DNA of 64,000 nucleotides from Leptogorgia sarmentosa (Eukaryota): NCBI GenBank assembly GCA_964658305.1, contig OZ210884.1, positions 930,001 to 994,000 of the forward strand, read 5' to 3'. Shown piece by piece: positions 1 to 12,200 of this stretch (position 1 is its first letter; each line of letters starts with the position of its first letter). The notes under the pieces were generated by a model. It saw only the letters and a program-made list of their open reading frames with translations, ran no database searches and was not told where the DNA came from. The position numbers and the translations under genes were made by a program.

Positions 1-417
1 TGTATTGTGGTTGACAATGGTATATGGGGAGCCCTTTCTATTGAAACCGAAGAGGCGAAAAAGTTCAAGTTGACAAAATGATAGATATCCCTACAGAGAC
101 ATTCAGTAGCGGGACAGAATGAGATAATCTAATTGTCGTGAGTCGCGGGTAAAGTTCGCGGGTCGCTGGTATTTTTCGCACGTCGCGGGTCGCAAAATTT
201 TTCGCGGGTCAGCGAATTTTTGTACCGAATCTAATTTCATGCACGAGAGGATCTACAGTTTCAGATTCAACTTTCATATTCGGAGTCAGAATCAGAATCT
301 GAAACGAAAATATTCGCACAATATTCTAAAGTATTCTATGTTCGAATATCAGGTGGGGTACATTCAAAAGTATTCCCATCTGAATACTACAAATTTTCAA
401 GGGATATTCGCTTGTTA

Positions 418-559
418 GGCCTGTTTCAAACGTCGAACTTTAGTTGCGTCGAATGCAATTCAGACAAAGGATAATGAGCTGATAATGAGGCAAGTTATCT
501 CATTATCTATTGTTCTAATTGCATTCGACGCGACTAAAGTTCGACGTATGAAACAGGCC
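418..559. mobile_element. Palindromic PIF/Harbinger-type MITE
   Basis: About 45-bp TIR GGCCTGTTTCAWACGTCGAACTTTAGTYGCGTCGAATGCAATT, flanked by TTA and TAA. Confidence 0.8.
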
Positions 560-817
560 TAATACGTGTGATTACGTCAGAATACTAGCAGTATTCTAAA
601 TAATATATTCACACAATTCACACCAGAATATTCGCCTTTTTAAACAGCGGGCGGTCTATTATTCACTAAGTAAGCGACTGCTTAACTAAGCAACTTTTCG
701 GCCACGCCATGACGCCAATGCGGTGTATACAGTCCATTCTTGGAGTATTTTTGATGCTTTTATTACTTAAAATATTCAATTTGCAATTATAGACTACGAG
801 CTCGAATACTAAACTCC

Positions 818-992
818 TTTTACACGACCAAATTTTCTTTGACAAATGTCAAATGTCCTTTGGCCGTTTTTTGACAAATTTATTTACACAACTGCATAAA
901 TTCAAAAAGCTGGCTCGTAAGTTAGCATGTGACCAAATGAATTTCATATATATTATATAAAATTTGTCAAAGAAAATTTGGTCATGTGAAAA
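818..992. mobile_element. MITE with inverted termini
   Basis: TTTACACGACCAAATTTTCTTTGACAAAT pairs with ATTTGTCAAAGAAAATTTGGTCATGTGAAA. Confidence 0.65.
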
Positions 993-1845
993 AGGCTGTA
1001 GAATCAGAGCTCAGAGAAATTCACTTTATTTGCTACTCGCAATTTATCGAGGAATATAGAAGTAGTTTTGGGTTTGTCCTGATTGCATCATTGAACTTTG
1101 TATCAATTGTATGGAACTTTGTTTTGTTTTGTTTTTGATATTATATATAGACATGCATGATGCGTGCACGTGAACGGCGCGTGTCGTACGGCAATGTATA
1201 TTTTCACTTCATAATTGTCTTTTTCCACTTTTATAATTTTCACACAGTCATGCTATCATCGCAAAATCATTGACTTCTTGTAAAACTTAAAATTCAATAA
1301 TATGATCGTAATTCGTACGTTAAACGCAAACGGTGTCTTGAGTATCTCTCGTGCTGAGTAAGTGTCTCAACTATAGATACACCTTGAATATTTCATCATA
1401 ATAGTGCTCAGCTATCGGTTGTTGTATAAAACTCTTAACTATCCGTTTTGTAGTTAATTTTCGCATTTAACTATAGTTAACTTTAACTACGTTTAATACA
1501 ACCGTCCCCTATGATGTTACGATGTATAGTAACGAAACGTTCCCCAAATGAATTTTATATAAACTTGAATAGTTTATGTATGCATTTATTAAAACCACTT
1601 GCTGGGCATTATTATCAATTTTTAAATTATACGATTTCCGCCTGTTTTTTCAATTCCCACAATTCTGTCTGGACTATAGATGTCTTGTAAAACATTTTTA
1701 CGGTCAATGGGCGTCAACATGCGTCATAACCCTGCATGCAGTTGTCTTAAGCAAAAGTTGATATAAATATATTTCAATATATTTACGCACACACCGATGC
1801 ATGTTTACGTCAAGGGTCTTATCTTATACGACACTAACCTCAGCA

Positions 1846-2446
1846 TAGGCTATTCCCGATTGTGCTAGTAAAACTGGCATATTATGCTCCTAGCAATGCT
1901 GGTTTTCCCCCAAAATTATTGCTCCAATTATGTTCATTTTTCAAAATTATTCCCCCTTGATTTAAAAAAATGCTTGGCTTTATTTGCAAGAAACACAAAC
2001 AAAATAAGTCATAACGTGGCTTTTTGTTGACGAAAGGTTCACACAAGCATATACTAAACATTAAATGTTCAACATAACTAATAATAATAAACTTTAAATT
2101 TTACACCTTCAATGTTTAGTGTCTTAAGTTTCAGAAACACTCAAAAGTTTCAATGTTTATCGCTTGTTGTACTGCAACATTATGCTAGCTTAGGTATAGG
2201 TAGTGGAACGGACTTCAATGAAGTAATATTTTTCATAAAGGATTATAAAAGTCGTACTAAAACTGCACAAACATCATAAACACCAAAAACATGCAATGTT
2301 TTGCTTTTTGACAACCAAAATGGAAAGGAAATTAAGGCAATTTGCCAAATTATGCTAGCCATGCTTTTTTTGTAAAAAACGCCAAAAATATGCTCGTTAA
2401 GCCAAATTATGCCAAAAATAATGCTAGCACAATCGGGAATAGTCTA
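1846..2446. mobile_element. Non-autonomous hAT-type element
   Basis: TIR TAGRCTATTCCCGATTGTGCTAG with a perfect 8-bp TSD CCTCAGCA (1838-1845 and 2447-2454). Confidence 0.88.
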
Positions 2447-2908
2447 CCTCAGCATGATATACGATAAAAATTATAGGCTAGCTCATCACTTTTTTTGCTG
2501 GTCATGACGATCCAAATTTGCAAATTGCGTCAAAATCGCGCAAATGATTCCGAGGTATTGAAATGAGTCATGTTTGTGAAACGAAAGAGCCAAAGTTAGG
2601 ACTCTTTTCAATTACTATAGTAAACAAAAAAGTTTATAAAGTGCTGACAGAAGTCAAAAGAGCAGCAAGAACTCGTCAAATTCTGACATATTTCGCGGAC
2701 AGATCAGTTTGGTGATGATTTCACGCTCATGCATGTAATGCAATTTCGAGATCATGACGCAATTTGCAAAATAAGTAATGAGGTAGCGTTACCCAATCAA
2801 GCGTACAGTCATGCATATATATAGCGCAAAGACAAATTTCCAAACACAGTACAACAGGATAATTCAATTTGAAAAGTGTTGAGTGAGATTCTTATCGAAA
2901 GAAATTCA

Positions 2909-3704
2909 ATGTCGGCCATTCGATGTATGTGGATATGTGTCCTCCTCTTGTTCCCAAAGCCAACGAAACAGGAAAGAGAGGGATGTTTTGTCAACAGAAA
3001 GGAATATTTGGGTTCCTTTTCCTCACCTGAAGATATGTGTCATGATTGCCCGACAAATCCAACTGGATGTTATCAGTTACCGGGATATTTAGTACGCCAA
3101 TGTGTGAAAGTGTGTGGAGGTCGTGGTAAGTCGCCATTGCTTATGGTTTGTACACCCTAACGCCAGCTGCTGTTTATATCGCATATATAGACAGTGGCGA
3201 AACCAGACTGACACTTTGGTCTTGCTATGCAAATATTTTTCTGTTCATGTACCGTGAAAACAATACATTTCTAAAGAAATGAATATTGATATGAAATGGA
3301 AATTTGCATAGCAAGACCAAACTGCCGGCTAGCTTTGCCACTGTATATAGAGGATATGAATTCATATTATATTATTATATATCATATCATATATTATCCA
3401 AATTCAAAGAATACATTGTGGTTGACGGAAATCTGAGATTTTTGAGATTACGGGCCAGTGCAAAAATGGTGCAACTACACTGGCATCTTTTTGACGTAAA
3501 AACTATGAGTATACAATGTATATTGATATATACTAATTTATGATTTTATCTTTATTTGTCAATTGCAAACCAGATCAATATAGCGAAATCAACGACACGG
3601 TCTCTTTTGATTCATCCGACAAGCTGCCAACGTTGAACAGCATGCATGCACGATTTGCATTCATCATGCAAGCTGCCGGTCAGCTAAATGTTAGAGCTGG
3701 GTGA
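2909..3704 (+). CDS. Candidate small secreted cysteine-rich peptide gene (exon 2909-3125, putative exon 3574-3704)
   Basis: ATG followed by a hydrophobic leader MSAIRCMWICVLLLFP and a six-Cys mature region. Strong donor G|GTAAGT at 3126, pyrimidine-rich acceptor CAG at 3571-3573 in matching phase, TGA at 3702-3704. No homolog recognised. Confidence 0.4.
3192..3343. mobile_element. hAT-type MITE
   Basis: Termini CAGTGGCGAAA...TTTGCCACTG, internal inverted repeat TTTGGTCTTGCTATGCAAAT, perfect 8-bp TSD TATATAGA. Confidence 0.85.
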
Positions 3705-4254
3705 AATAATGTCGAAGAACTGAGAGCGCGCGCACGAGCGAAATGATAATGACTTGGAGCTTTTGAAGATGATGACGAAGAGCTCGGACGTATGCGATAT
3801 GTCGGTGGACACAATCTCGTCCCCAGTGCTATTTTGACACCACAAAATTGCATTGTGATTTGGGATTAACCGCACTGAAATGAACCAATCACAGTCGAGT
3901 AATACTTTAATGTATATTATTAACAACTGTATACTGTAGTTCATTCCAGTGAAATGTGACATTAATTAGCAAAGTAACAACAATTTGTTATTATTAAGAA
4001 TAAACAAAATATACAGTCATATTATGTTTGTCTTATAGTAGGTAGTGAGATACCGAAATTAAAATACAGTCTGCAAATAATGCGCAGCTCAGACGTTTAC
4101 TCTGCCTACGCTGCAAGTTTTTGCATTCATTCGCCTTTTGGTTTTCTGTAATTCTATAGTTTAACTAATGAAAATGGATTAAACTCGCACGAGTTTTTCA
4201 AAAACTCTGCCTTAATTCAGCATATTCCATTCGACCTCATTCAAAAACTGTTTT

Positions 4255-4331
4255 AGTATTTATTTGGCCTAGTTTATACGTTGCTTTCGTGTTTGGTCAC
4301 GAAAGCAAATAAACTAGGCCAAATAAATACT
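4255..4331. repeat. Near-perfect hairpin (foldback)
   Basis: AGTATTTATTTGGCCTAGTTTAT..TTGCTTTCGTG pairs with CACGAAAGCAA.ATAAACTAGGCCAAATAAATACT. Confidence 0.75.
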
Positions 4332-4630
4332 GAATGAAGTTGGCTTCATTCGCGTCAAATGCAATTCAAACAAAAGGTAATGTGCCTTACCTTAATATCT
4401 ATTGTTTGAATGAAGTTGACACGATGAAAGATCGACAAAAGAGCGACCTATAAAATTGTATTTTTCGCTTCTAATTCGGCATAAGCAGCCTTAATTAGTT
4501 TGACGTCACCATGTCATATAATAAGGAGCTTACACAGGCACGACTTCACTGGACGACGACGTCTTGATAACGTGATGATCGATGATGACGTCGTCCATCG
4601 CGCGAAGTTTGAATTGATTGTTAAGCAAGT

Positions 4631-6180
4631 TAATAATAATAATGACTTTATTTACCCACGGTACTATTTCACAATAAAGTTAAAAACTATTTACAAAATG
4701 AGAAGTGATCTTCCAATAGGCCGTGCACATGCACACTACAAAAAAATAAATACTTATATTAATAATATAACAAAAGTAAGCGTTAAAAATATCATACTGT
4801 ATTACTTAATACTAAACTTCTTTTAAATGTTGCGTATTGATTCAAGCTTTTTAAATGGTTAGGTAATTTGTTCCAAGCCACAGCACCTCTATATGAAAAT
4901 GATTTTTTACAAAAGTTCGTGTTTGGTTTTGGGGGCACAAAATTAAATTCGGCCTGTCTGGTTTGATAACCATGTGTTGAACTTGTTTTAATAAACAGAT
5001 CTACAAGATAGTCAGGTACCTCATTGCAATTAACTTTGTACATTATATTACATAATTGATTTTGTCTTCTTACATTTAAATTTGGCAAGTGTAACTCATT
5101 AAGTATGTCGACTGATCTGTAGTCATATCCCCGCTTTGTAATGATACGTACTGCTCTATTTTGTAACCGCTGCAATTTGTTTTGGAGGGTGATTCCCAGG
5201 CTCCCCCAAACTTGTGAGCAGTAGTCAAAGTGTGGTTGGACTAAAGTTTTATATGCAGTAACTAGAGTCTTTAAGTCCGTAAATTCCCTTAATCTTCTGA
5301 GGACATAAAGACCCTTGTTTACTTTTTTGGTTATAAGATCAACTTGCGAATGCCAGGTTAAAGTCTCATCGATCATCACACCCAGTGATTTAGTGGTGCT
5401 AACTCGCTTTATAGGCGTATTGCCAATCACAATCCGAAGATCGGAGTCCCATTTTTTGAGATTCTGGTGGGAGCCAATAATCATATACTCAGTTTTACTT
5501 TTGTTTAAGCTTAATTTATTGACTGCCATCCAATCTGAGATGTTTGTTAAATCACAGTTTAATGTTGCAATAATTGATTTCGGGTCTTTACCAGCAACTC
5601 CTATTTGGGTGTCGTCTGCAAACATGTCACAGTCCGCATTTTTCAAACTGCTAGGAAGATCGTTAACATATATAAGAAATAGTAAGGGACCAAGAATTGA
5701 GCCCTGTGGAATGCCAGTAATCGTTGCACGTGGTCCAGACAATTTACTATTAATTTGGCAATATTGGGTACGGTTAGACAAATACGATTTAAACCAGTCA
5801 TAAGCTTTACCTTTCACGCCATATAGGTGTAGCTTACTTAATAAAATGTCGTGATCAACAGTATCAAAAGCCTTTTTTAGGTCTAGGAATACAGCTCCAT
5901 TCATTAGGCCTTCATCCATATTTTGATACCATTGATTTGTCATTTTTAGTAATGCAGTGACAGTGGAGTGAAGAGGTCTAAAGCCATGTTGTGTACTTGT
6001 TAGAATATTATACTGTAGCAAATATGAATAAAGTTGGTTATGTACAAGCTTCTCCATTGTTTTGGCAATTACCGAAATAACCGATATAGGCCGATAATTG
6101 TCCATATCGGATTTAATACCGTTTTTGTAAATTGGAGTTACTCTAGCAACTTTCCAGGAACATGGAAATATACCAGTTAC
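4631..6180 (-). mobile_element. 5'-truncated CR1/L2-type non-LTR retrotransposon
   Basis: Open RT frame from about 6180 (TGIFPCSWKVARVTPIYK) to the stop at 4792. The 3' end reads GGTAAATAAAGTC(ATT)4 on the minus strand. Confidence 0.92.
4792..6105 (-). CDS. Reverse transcriptase domain and C-terminus of LINE ORF2 (partial)
   Basis: Motifs NYRPIS, QHGFR, FLDLKKAFDTVDH, GIPQGSILGPLLFLIYVNDL, FADD and KSFSYRGAVAWNKLP. Confidence 0.93.
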   Translation of the reverse strand: MDNYRPISVISVIAKTMEKLVHNQLYSYLLQYNILTSTQHGFRPLHSTVTALLKMTNQWYQNMDEGLMNGAVFLDLKKAFDTVDHDILLSKLHLYGVKGKAYDWFKSYLSNRTQYCQINSKLSGPRATITGIPQGSILGPLLFLIYVNDLPSSLKNADCDMFADDTQIGVAGKDPKSIIATLNCDLTNISDWMAVNKLSLNKSKTEYMIIGSHQNLKKWDSDLRIVIGNTPIKRVSTTKSLGVMIDETLTWHSQVDLITKKVNKGLYVLRRLREFTDLKTLVTAYKTLVQPHFDYCSQVWGSLGITLQNKLQRLQNRAVRIITKRGYDYRSVDILNELHLPNLNVRRQNQLCNIMYKVNCNEVPDYLVDLFIKTSSTHGYQTRQAEFNFVPPKPNTNFCKKSFSYRGAVAWNKLPNHLKSLNQYATFKRSLVLSNTV

Positions 6181-6596
6181 GTGGACGTCGTCAGTTTGAC
6201 AGTTGTGACTTGTGATTTTCCGTATAATTGTCTTTGACGTAATATTACAATTTTGTCAGCATGCCGAATTTACGAGTGGTTAGAGATTGCTTACTACTCT
6301 GTTTCGAGTTTCTTCATCTCTATGACATAAACGAATCGAAAAATCCGTATGCTTTACGACGCCTTCGAAAATGGCCTTTGGACGGCGTCGACTCGCGAAG
6401 GACGCCTTCCAGCCTGCCACGACGCATGCTCACTTCAAATATTACGTCACATTCTGTCGAAAAGTCGACGTCGTCCGTCAAAATTCGTCTTTGCGTAAGC
6501 TCTCTAATTTGGAATATCCGACGAAATACGTCATAATGTCGTATATGTGCTTCGATATACGACCAAATTACGTCAGAATGTGGGGAGTATCTATTT

Positions 6597-6661
6597 GGAG
6601 CGGGTAGCGGTTAAAAAGGAGCGGGTAATTAAAAATGAGCGGGTAATTAAAAGGAGCGGGT
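6597..6661. repeat. Short tandem repeat with a GAGCGGGTA core, about 4 copies
   Basis: GAGCGGGT recurs at 17-21 bp spacing. Confidence 0.6.
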
Positions 6662-6738
6662 CGTTTTTTTTTTAATTTCTATTGTTTGTTAAGGCTAATA
6701 ATTATATTTCTTTTTCTTGAAACAGTTATATTTAAAAA

Positions 6739-7399
6739 CAGTATATTAACCAATGGTATATTCAACTTGTACTTAGTGCAGAACGAGAATCATTATTTAC
6801 AAAATGCTTTTTTATTCATTGCAATAGTATACCTCTAACCCAAGGGCATTAGCTTGCGTCGTTAAAGACCAAAGGTTCATAGCGTCAAAGGAAATTCGGG
6901 TCAGTCAACAACCGTTGACCGTTAAATGCACTTACGTTGGATGTCATGCTATTCCGAAAAAATAGATCTTCTTTAGCATATATATATTAAAACCTATGTT
7001 AACTATCTAATAATTTTTTCAACTAAAATTCGTGCAAATACCTAATGATAAATGATAATACCGCCAATAATAGTTCAACTGAAATTCGCACCTAATAAGT
7101 CGCCAATGAATTTGCCACCAGAGTATAAACATTCTGGAAGTCATTCCTTGAGACAGGATCTTTAACTTTAATATTGTCTTTTCCCCTTTGGTCATTTGCA
7201 ATCTGCAGAGGAATGCCTTGCCGCGTTTTGCCCTAAATCGTCCATTTCCTTCTCCATCTGATCGTCGAGGTCCAGATGGAACACTGCTGTTGTGCCTGTC
7301 ATGCGGATTTGAATGTGACGCAGTACTACTTGAAGCTCGAATCCTATCAGCTAGCGTCTATCTTTCATAAGTGGTTATATACCATTGGTTAATATACCG
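6739..7399. mobile_element. TIR-bounded non-autonomous element
   Basis: CAGTATATTAACCAATGGTATAT on the left versus reverse-complemented CGGTATATTAACCAATGGTATAT on the right. Confidence 0.7.
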
Positions 7400-7431
7400 T
7401 TTTTCACACGTTAGGTGATAAGTAGAATTCC

Positions 7432-7866
7432 TACAGCATCGATATCGTGAAAGTTAACAATCCCGTAACCCGTCCCATGGGACGAAAATTCTGTTCCGAA
7501 ATTTCGTCGCACGCGGCATCGAAATCCCGTTTAATTCCGCACAATCGTAATAATTCCGCAACACATAGTAATTTTATTGCACAAGAATTTAAAACATCCG
7601 TTGGGAAGCTCTGCTTTCTGCCGTTGGAAAGCTCTGCTTTTCTGCTCTGCTTTATGTAAGATATACATATTAAACAAATTTTTGCAAATATTATTGTCAC
7701 CCAAGCAACATTTCCCTTCGCAAGTTATGGCATGCATTCTCGTACCGTGAAAAATTTTTCCCGCGGGACGAGAAAGCTATCCCGCGAGATGAAATTTTTG
7801 CCCCGCGGGCCGCGACGGAAATCCCGTCCGGTCCGTGACTGTAACTTTTCCGTGGTCCGTACAGTA
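7432..7866. mobile_element. Degenerate TIR element with TA flanks
   Basis: Imperfect inverted ends containing GAAAGTTA and TAACTTTTC, with CG-rich subterminal repeats. Confidence 0.4.
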
Positions 7867-7967
7867 TATAGCTATTACGTAATGGCAACTTGCAGTCACA
7901 TGACCCTACTTAACTTTACTTTCAACACCGGTAGTTATACGTAGTCATCTATGGGATCGTGGCAACT

Positions 7968-8552
7968 GAAATACAAATTTAAGTGTCAATGCTGTGGCAC
8001 ATTGTATGTTGGTCATACAAACGCGAATCTCAGAACATATGGGAGTTTCGTCTAGAACTGGAAATAAGCTTTCAGTCTCACAAATGTCTGCTGTCCTGAC
8101 TCACCACATCTCTAAACAACTATTTCAGATTCTGACTTTACTATACTAATATCAGGTAACACTAGTTTGATCTCGAAATGCGTGAAACTCTATACTCATT
8201 TCTAAATTCAAACCTATATCCCTAATAACAACACCTATTCTACTCCTCTTTACCTATTTCAATCACTTATCCCACTCGAACTTGACCTGGTTAAATGATA
8301 CACCGGCAATAACTAACATCATTCCTAACTTTTGACATAATGTTTGCCTATACCTTTTTTCTTATTCATCCTGTTAAATTTGAATAAGAACCGTTTTTTT
8401 TATATAATCATGTATATAATTATTATTATAAATACACCTTGTATATACACCTTGTGATGTTGCGATACAGCAACGGAACGTTAGCTAAATAAATTCTGTA
8501 CAAACTTCAATGGTTTATGACATATGTATGCATTAAAAATCGCTTGCTGGGC
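7968..8552 (+). mobile_element. Decayed Penelope-like element 3' end (GIY-YIG endonuclease remnant plus 3' tail)
   Basis: Frameshifted peptide KYKFKCQCCGTLYVGHT / RISEHMGVSSRTGNKL / SDFTIL / STPLYLF. The tail at 8450-8552 resembles 1508-1610. Confidence 0.7.
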
Positions 8553-8676
8553 TTTAATATTCATCTATGGGATCATTGGTCGAAATAATGGCTAACAAAA
8601 AACCCCCCAGAAAAAAACAAATATTTACTCATTTCAACTAAACAACACCACTGGAAAAGTATAAGTATAAAGTCTG

Positions 8677-8682
8677 TTTATT
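8677..8682 (-). promoter_or_regulatory. Candidate polyadenylation signal (AATAAA) of the RNF213-like gene
   Basis: TTTATT on the + strand about 420 nt downstream of the stop. Alternatives lie near 8929-8939. Confidence 0.4.
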
Positions 8683-9097
8683 CAAGAAAAAATATAAAAA
8701 AAGAATACAAGGAAAATGTTCATGGAAACACAATGAAATAGGGATCATTGAACTAATACAATGATAGGGATACAGGTATCACGTCACTCACGAATTTCAA
8801 AGTCATACAAAAGTTGAGTTGATTTGGTGTTCTTAATTTCACAAAGGTTGACAACAATGTTATGTCAATATTATAAACCTGAAAGAACTGCATGTTTGAG
8901 GAATTCAGGTCGTTTTTGTTTCTTTATGTTTATTTTATTTTCGAAATGTTATTATGTGAACAGAATATTAATTTTGCTTTCATTTAAAACATAGCAATCA
9001 GATAATGGAAATATTCAAGAAAATTTTTCTCCCTGATGGGTGTATTTTGATTTGAAAGTGACATAAAAATAATTAGTAGAGAATAATTCTGTTGAAG

Positions 9098-9260
9098 TTA
9101 CGGCTGCATCCTTGAGTGGTAATCTTCACTTTTCTGGCAAGCTACTTTCCACGCTTCCACGGCATGTTGCACTTGGATGTCTTTGGGAATATGTTCTTCT
9201 AAACCATCGATCTCGTCACATCCCTTCTCATCGAGTTTGGCATTGATATACTGCGATAAA
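9098..9260 (-). CDS. RNF213: Terminal coding exon of the RNF213-like gene
   Basis: Encodes LSQYINAKLDEKGCDEIDGLEEHIPKDIQVQHAVEAWKVACQKSEDYHSRMQP* after an AG acceptor at 9261-9262. It resembles the RNF213 C-terminus. Confidence 0.88.
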
Positions 9261-12200
9261 CTAATAAAGTAATAAAAATATCACAATGAGCACTGGATTA
9301 GAACTTCAGAAAAAAACGTTGTTCCTTTGTGAGCTGTACCATTGCTCGCTTAGCTCCTATGCGATGCATTAGTGAATCAATTGTACGATTAGAAGTCACT
9401 TTAAAGTCCCAGGGGCCTAAAATATTTTGTGCTTAAGAACAATATAAATACCTTGAATATGCAGTGGTAAATATGCATGATATTAAAATGACCATGCATG
9501 GAATCAGGGCATCCATGCATTGAATGAAGATTTTATTTAACGAGAGTAAACACATGCCAGTTTACACTGATAAATTCGTGACACTCATAGTACAGTATTC
9601 GAACACAATCCCCATAATACAACTTATTTTTGAATATTCGTGCTCTGCCCGACGGGCTTCTGTTGAAATAAGTTGCTTTTGAATTAATTTGAAAAGAAAT
9701 CCATCTGGTAGAACATGAATATATGAATATACACTAACGTTCTAGCTACGACCCTGCATGGCATGTCTTAGTTGTATGAATATGTTATCCCGGTGAATTA
9801 TGTAAGCAATATATAGGGGTTGTGCGTCAGGAAATTATGGGTATCCCTTCCCCATTTCTAGCAACTCCAAGGAAATACTAATGGATGGAATGAAACCTGT
9901 ACTGAACCCACACCCATTCCTTTCTGTAGTCCGGTGAGCACTGAATCACAGCGAGAAATCCACTTTCTTACTAAACTGCATATTACCAGTGGATGACTCG
10001 GTGAAATATTGTTTTACGGCAGGTCGACACACAGATGCGCTCATAAGTTACTAGAAATTTTTCAAATGCCTATTTTGCATGATCAGAGCTCTAGGATCGC
10101 AAAATTAAGTTATATGAACAAACAATTTCAAAATCATGCGGAAAACGTTCTGTCAACGTCAGTGTCACAGAATAAGTACGTTCGAAGTATTTACGACATA
10201 GGATTTTTAAATATGACACAGGTGGATGCACAAGATTGGCAATTTCTGAGTCATTTCATTGGTGATAGAACTTCTTCGAAATAGAAATTTTTATTCAATG
10301 GAATAAAAGTCACCCTAAAATCTTGTTCAGGTATGTTTTTCACGGAAAGGAAAGTGTCCAATAACATGAGCACACCAGAGGATACCAGAGTGTCATGCTC
10401 GCTCGATTTTAGTCCTATGTCCTATACCTGTATTCCTATCGTAATACAATTTACAGCTATATTCGAACGTGACATACAAACGCCCAAAGTACTGTAATAA
10501 ATGTGAGTAATTTCTGGGCGTTATGCGTATAACTTATTTACATTCAAAATAATTGTAAAAGTACAGTGCCAACTTACGGAAAGTGTAGCTGGTCTTCAGG
10601 AACATTTTTCAAGTAAAGCAAAATAAATTCCAGCAAGACACGAACAAAATGATCCACATTAAGCTTTTGTAATCCACCGTTCAATTCGAACTTCTGTTTT
10701 CTGTCAAGTGATGACTTCACCCTATCCGATACATCATCAAACGGATCCTAATAAATAGCAAACGCTCTAGTAAAACATTGGCGTTATAGATCTAATTTGT
10801 TTCGTCTTAATTTTTTTGTTAATAACAACAAAACGTCTCCCGATCTTAAATTAATACTCAATCTATACTGTACAGGGTGTCCCAAAAAAGTGCGTAGAAT
10901 AGAAATCGCTCTTTTGTTGTTAACCCCAGTTTTTGCACCTCTGGAAATTCAAATTAGTTTCTGAAACAAACACGTGCTATTAGAAATACTTCTGCCGTTA
11001 ACGAACCATTCAATTCAATTCTCAAAGGCATAACAACGCATGTTTAAAAACAAACGAGCTGATTTCTATAGAGGGGACTTTTTTGGGACACCCTGTACAA
11101 CTGTGATCCTGATAAAACAAATCGAGAATGTAGAATGGAACATACGAAAAACAACAGAACGAACAATGGTGATCATTAGCTATTAAGACACAGAGTTAGC
11201 TAATTCCTTATTGTTTAATATAATTTCATTATCTTATTCAATTTTAATTGCAATGGTGAAAAACGGCAATTTTTCCTGTAAATGTCGTGTTTTGTGACTT
11301 TCATTTCGAAATTAGAGAAAATATTTGCGTTCGTCACACAAAGAACAGTATTTCAAGAACTTTACGACCAAACGTTTTCTCAAACAGCTACTTATCCAAA
11401 TAGGTTCTGCTAAGCAGTTTTCAGTTTTGGCAATGTTAAACAAACCTGTTTACGCTGTGTCAATACTCTTGCTCTTTCTAAAGACAACAACAGCCATAGT
11501 GATATAATGTGTTGAAGTTGACAAAACTGCTCAGCCTAAATTAAATGGCAAAAAAATACTCATCAGTCAAATAATCAGTTAAAAAGGAAACTTAGGACAA
11601 TTTTAAGATAGTTCTCAGATTGAAGAATAATATATAAGAACTTTCAGTTCTTCCATTCAATGTTTCATTTTTGACCAAATATTTCGACCAGACGTGTCGT
11701 CCCCATCTTGGTTCTTTCTACAATACCACTTTCTATCGATCTTTTCTATTAGGATTATTGTATCATAAAAAATATTGCATAGGAAAAACATATTCGCTGT
11801 TTCAAATTACTGATAAAAGATCGTCTGCAATAATATTTCATTAAATTCACTCACAACACAAAAGTAGCTAAGTAAAAAACAAATTTTACCTTTCCGCTTT
11901 TTAAACCATTTCTAAGTGTCATCTTTAATCCTTCATGAAGGTATTCGTGGATGGACATTAATGGATTTCCTCCAGCAGACGACAAAAATCCAATGGCAAT
12001 ATGGATCGATTTAAGTACATCACAAACATCAGTCAGTTGAGTTAGTTCATTCAATATTTGATCTTGGACAGAGCGAGTTAATTCTACCTGAAATGTCAAT
12101 AATGGAATATTCTTTAAAGTGCTACTTCCAAAAAAGGAAATAAAATATTTTTATTTTTTCCGTAAAACAATCTCTTCTCCACCAACTGTGCATGAATGTG

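Larger units (their letters stand above)
4521..6508. mobile_element. Non-autonomous TIR element interrupted by the LINE (arms about 4521-4630 and 6181-6508)
   Basis: Imperfect TIRs: GAGCTTACACAGGCACGAC..GGACGACG on the left versus reverse-complemented GAGCTTACGCAAAGACGA..GGACGACG on the right. Confidence 0.6.

Noticed and set aside
5315..5803. 162-aa plus-strand ORF
   Set aside because: It is the antisense shadow of the LINE RT.
4792..6105. RT as a retron, DGR or group II intron enzyme
   Set aside because: The motifs, the 5' truncation and the (ATT)n tail fit a CR1/L2 LINE.
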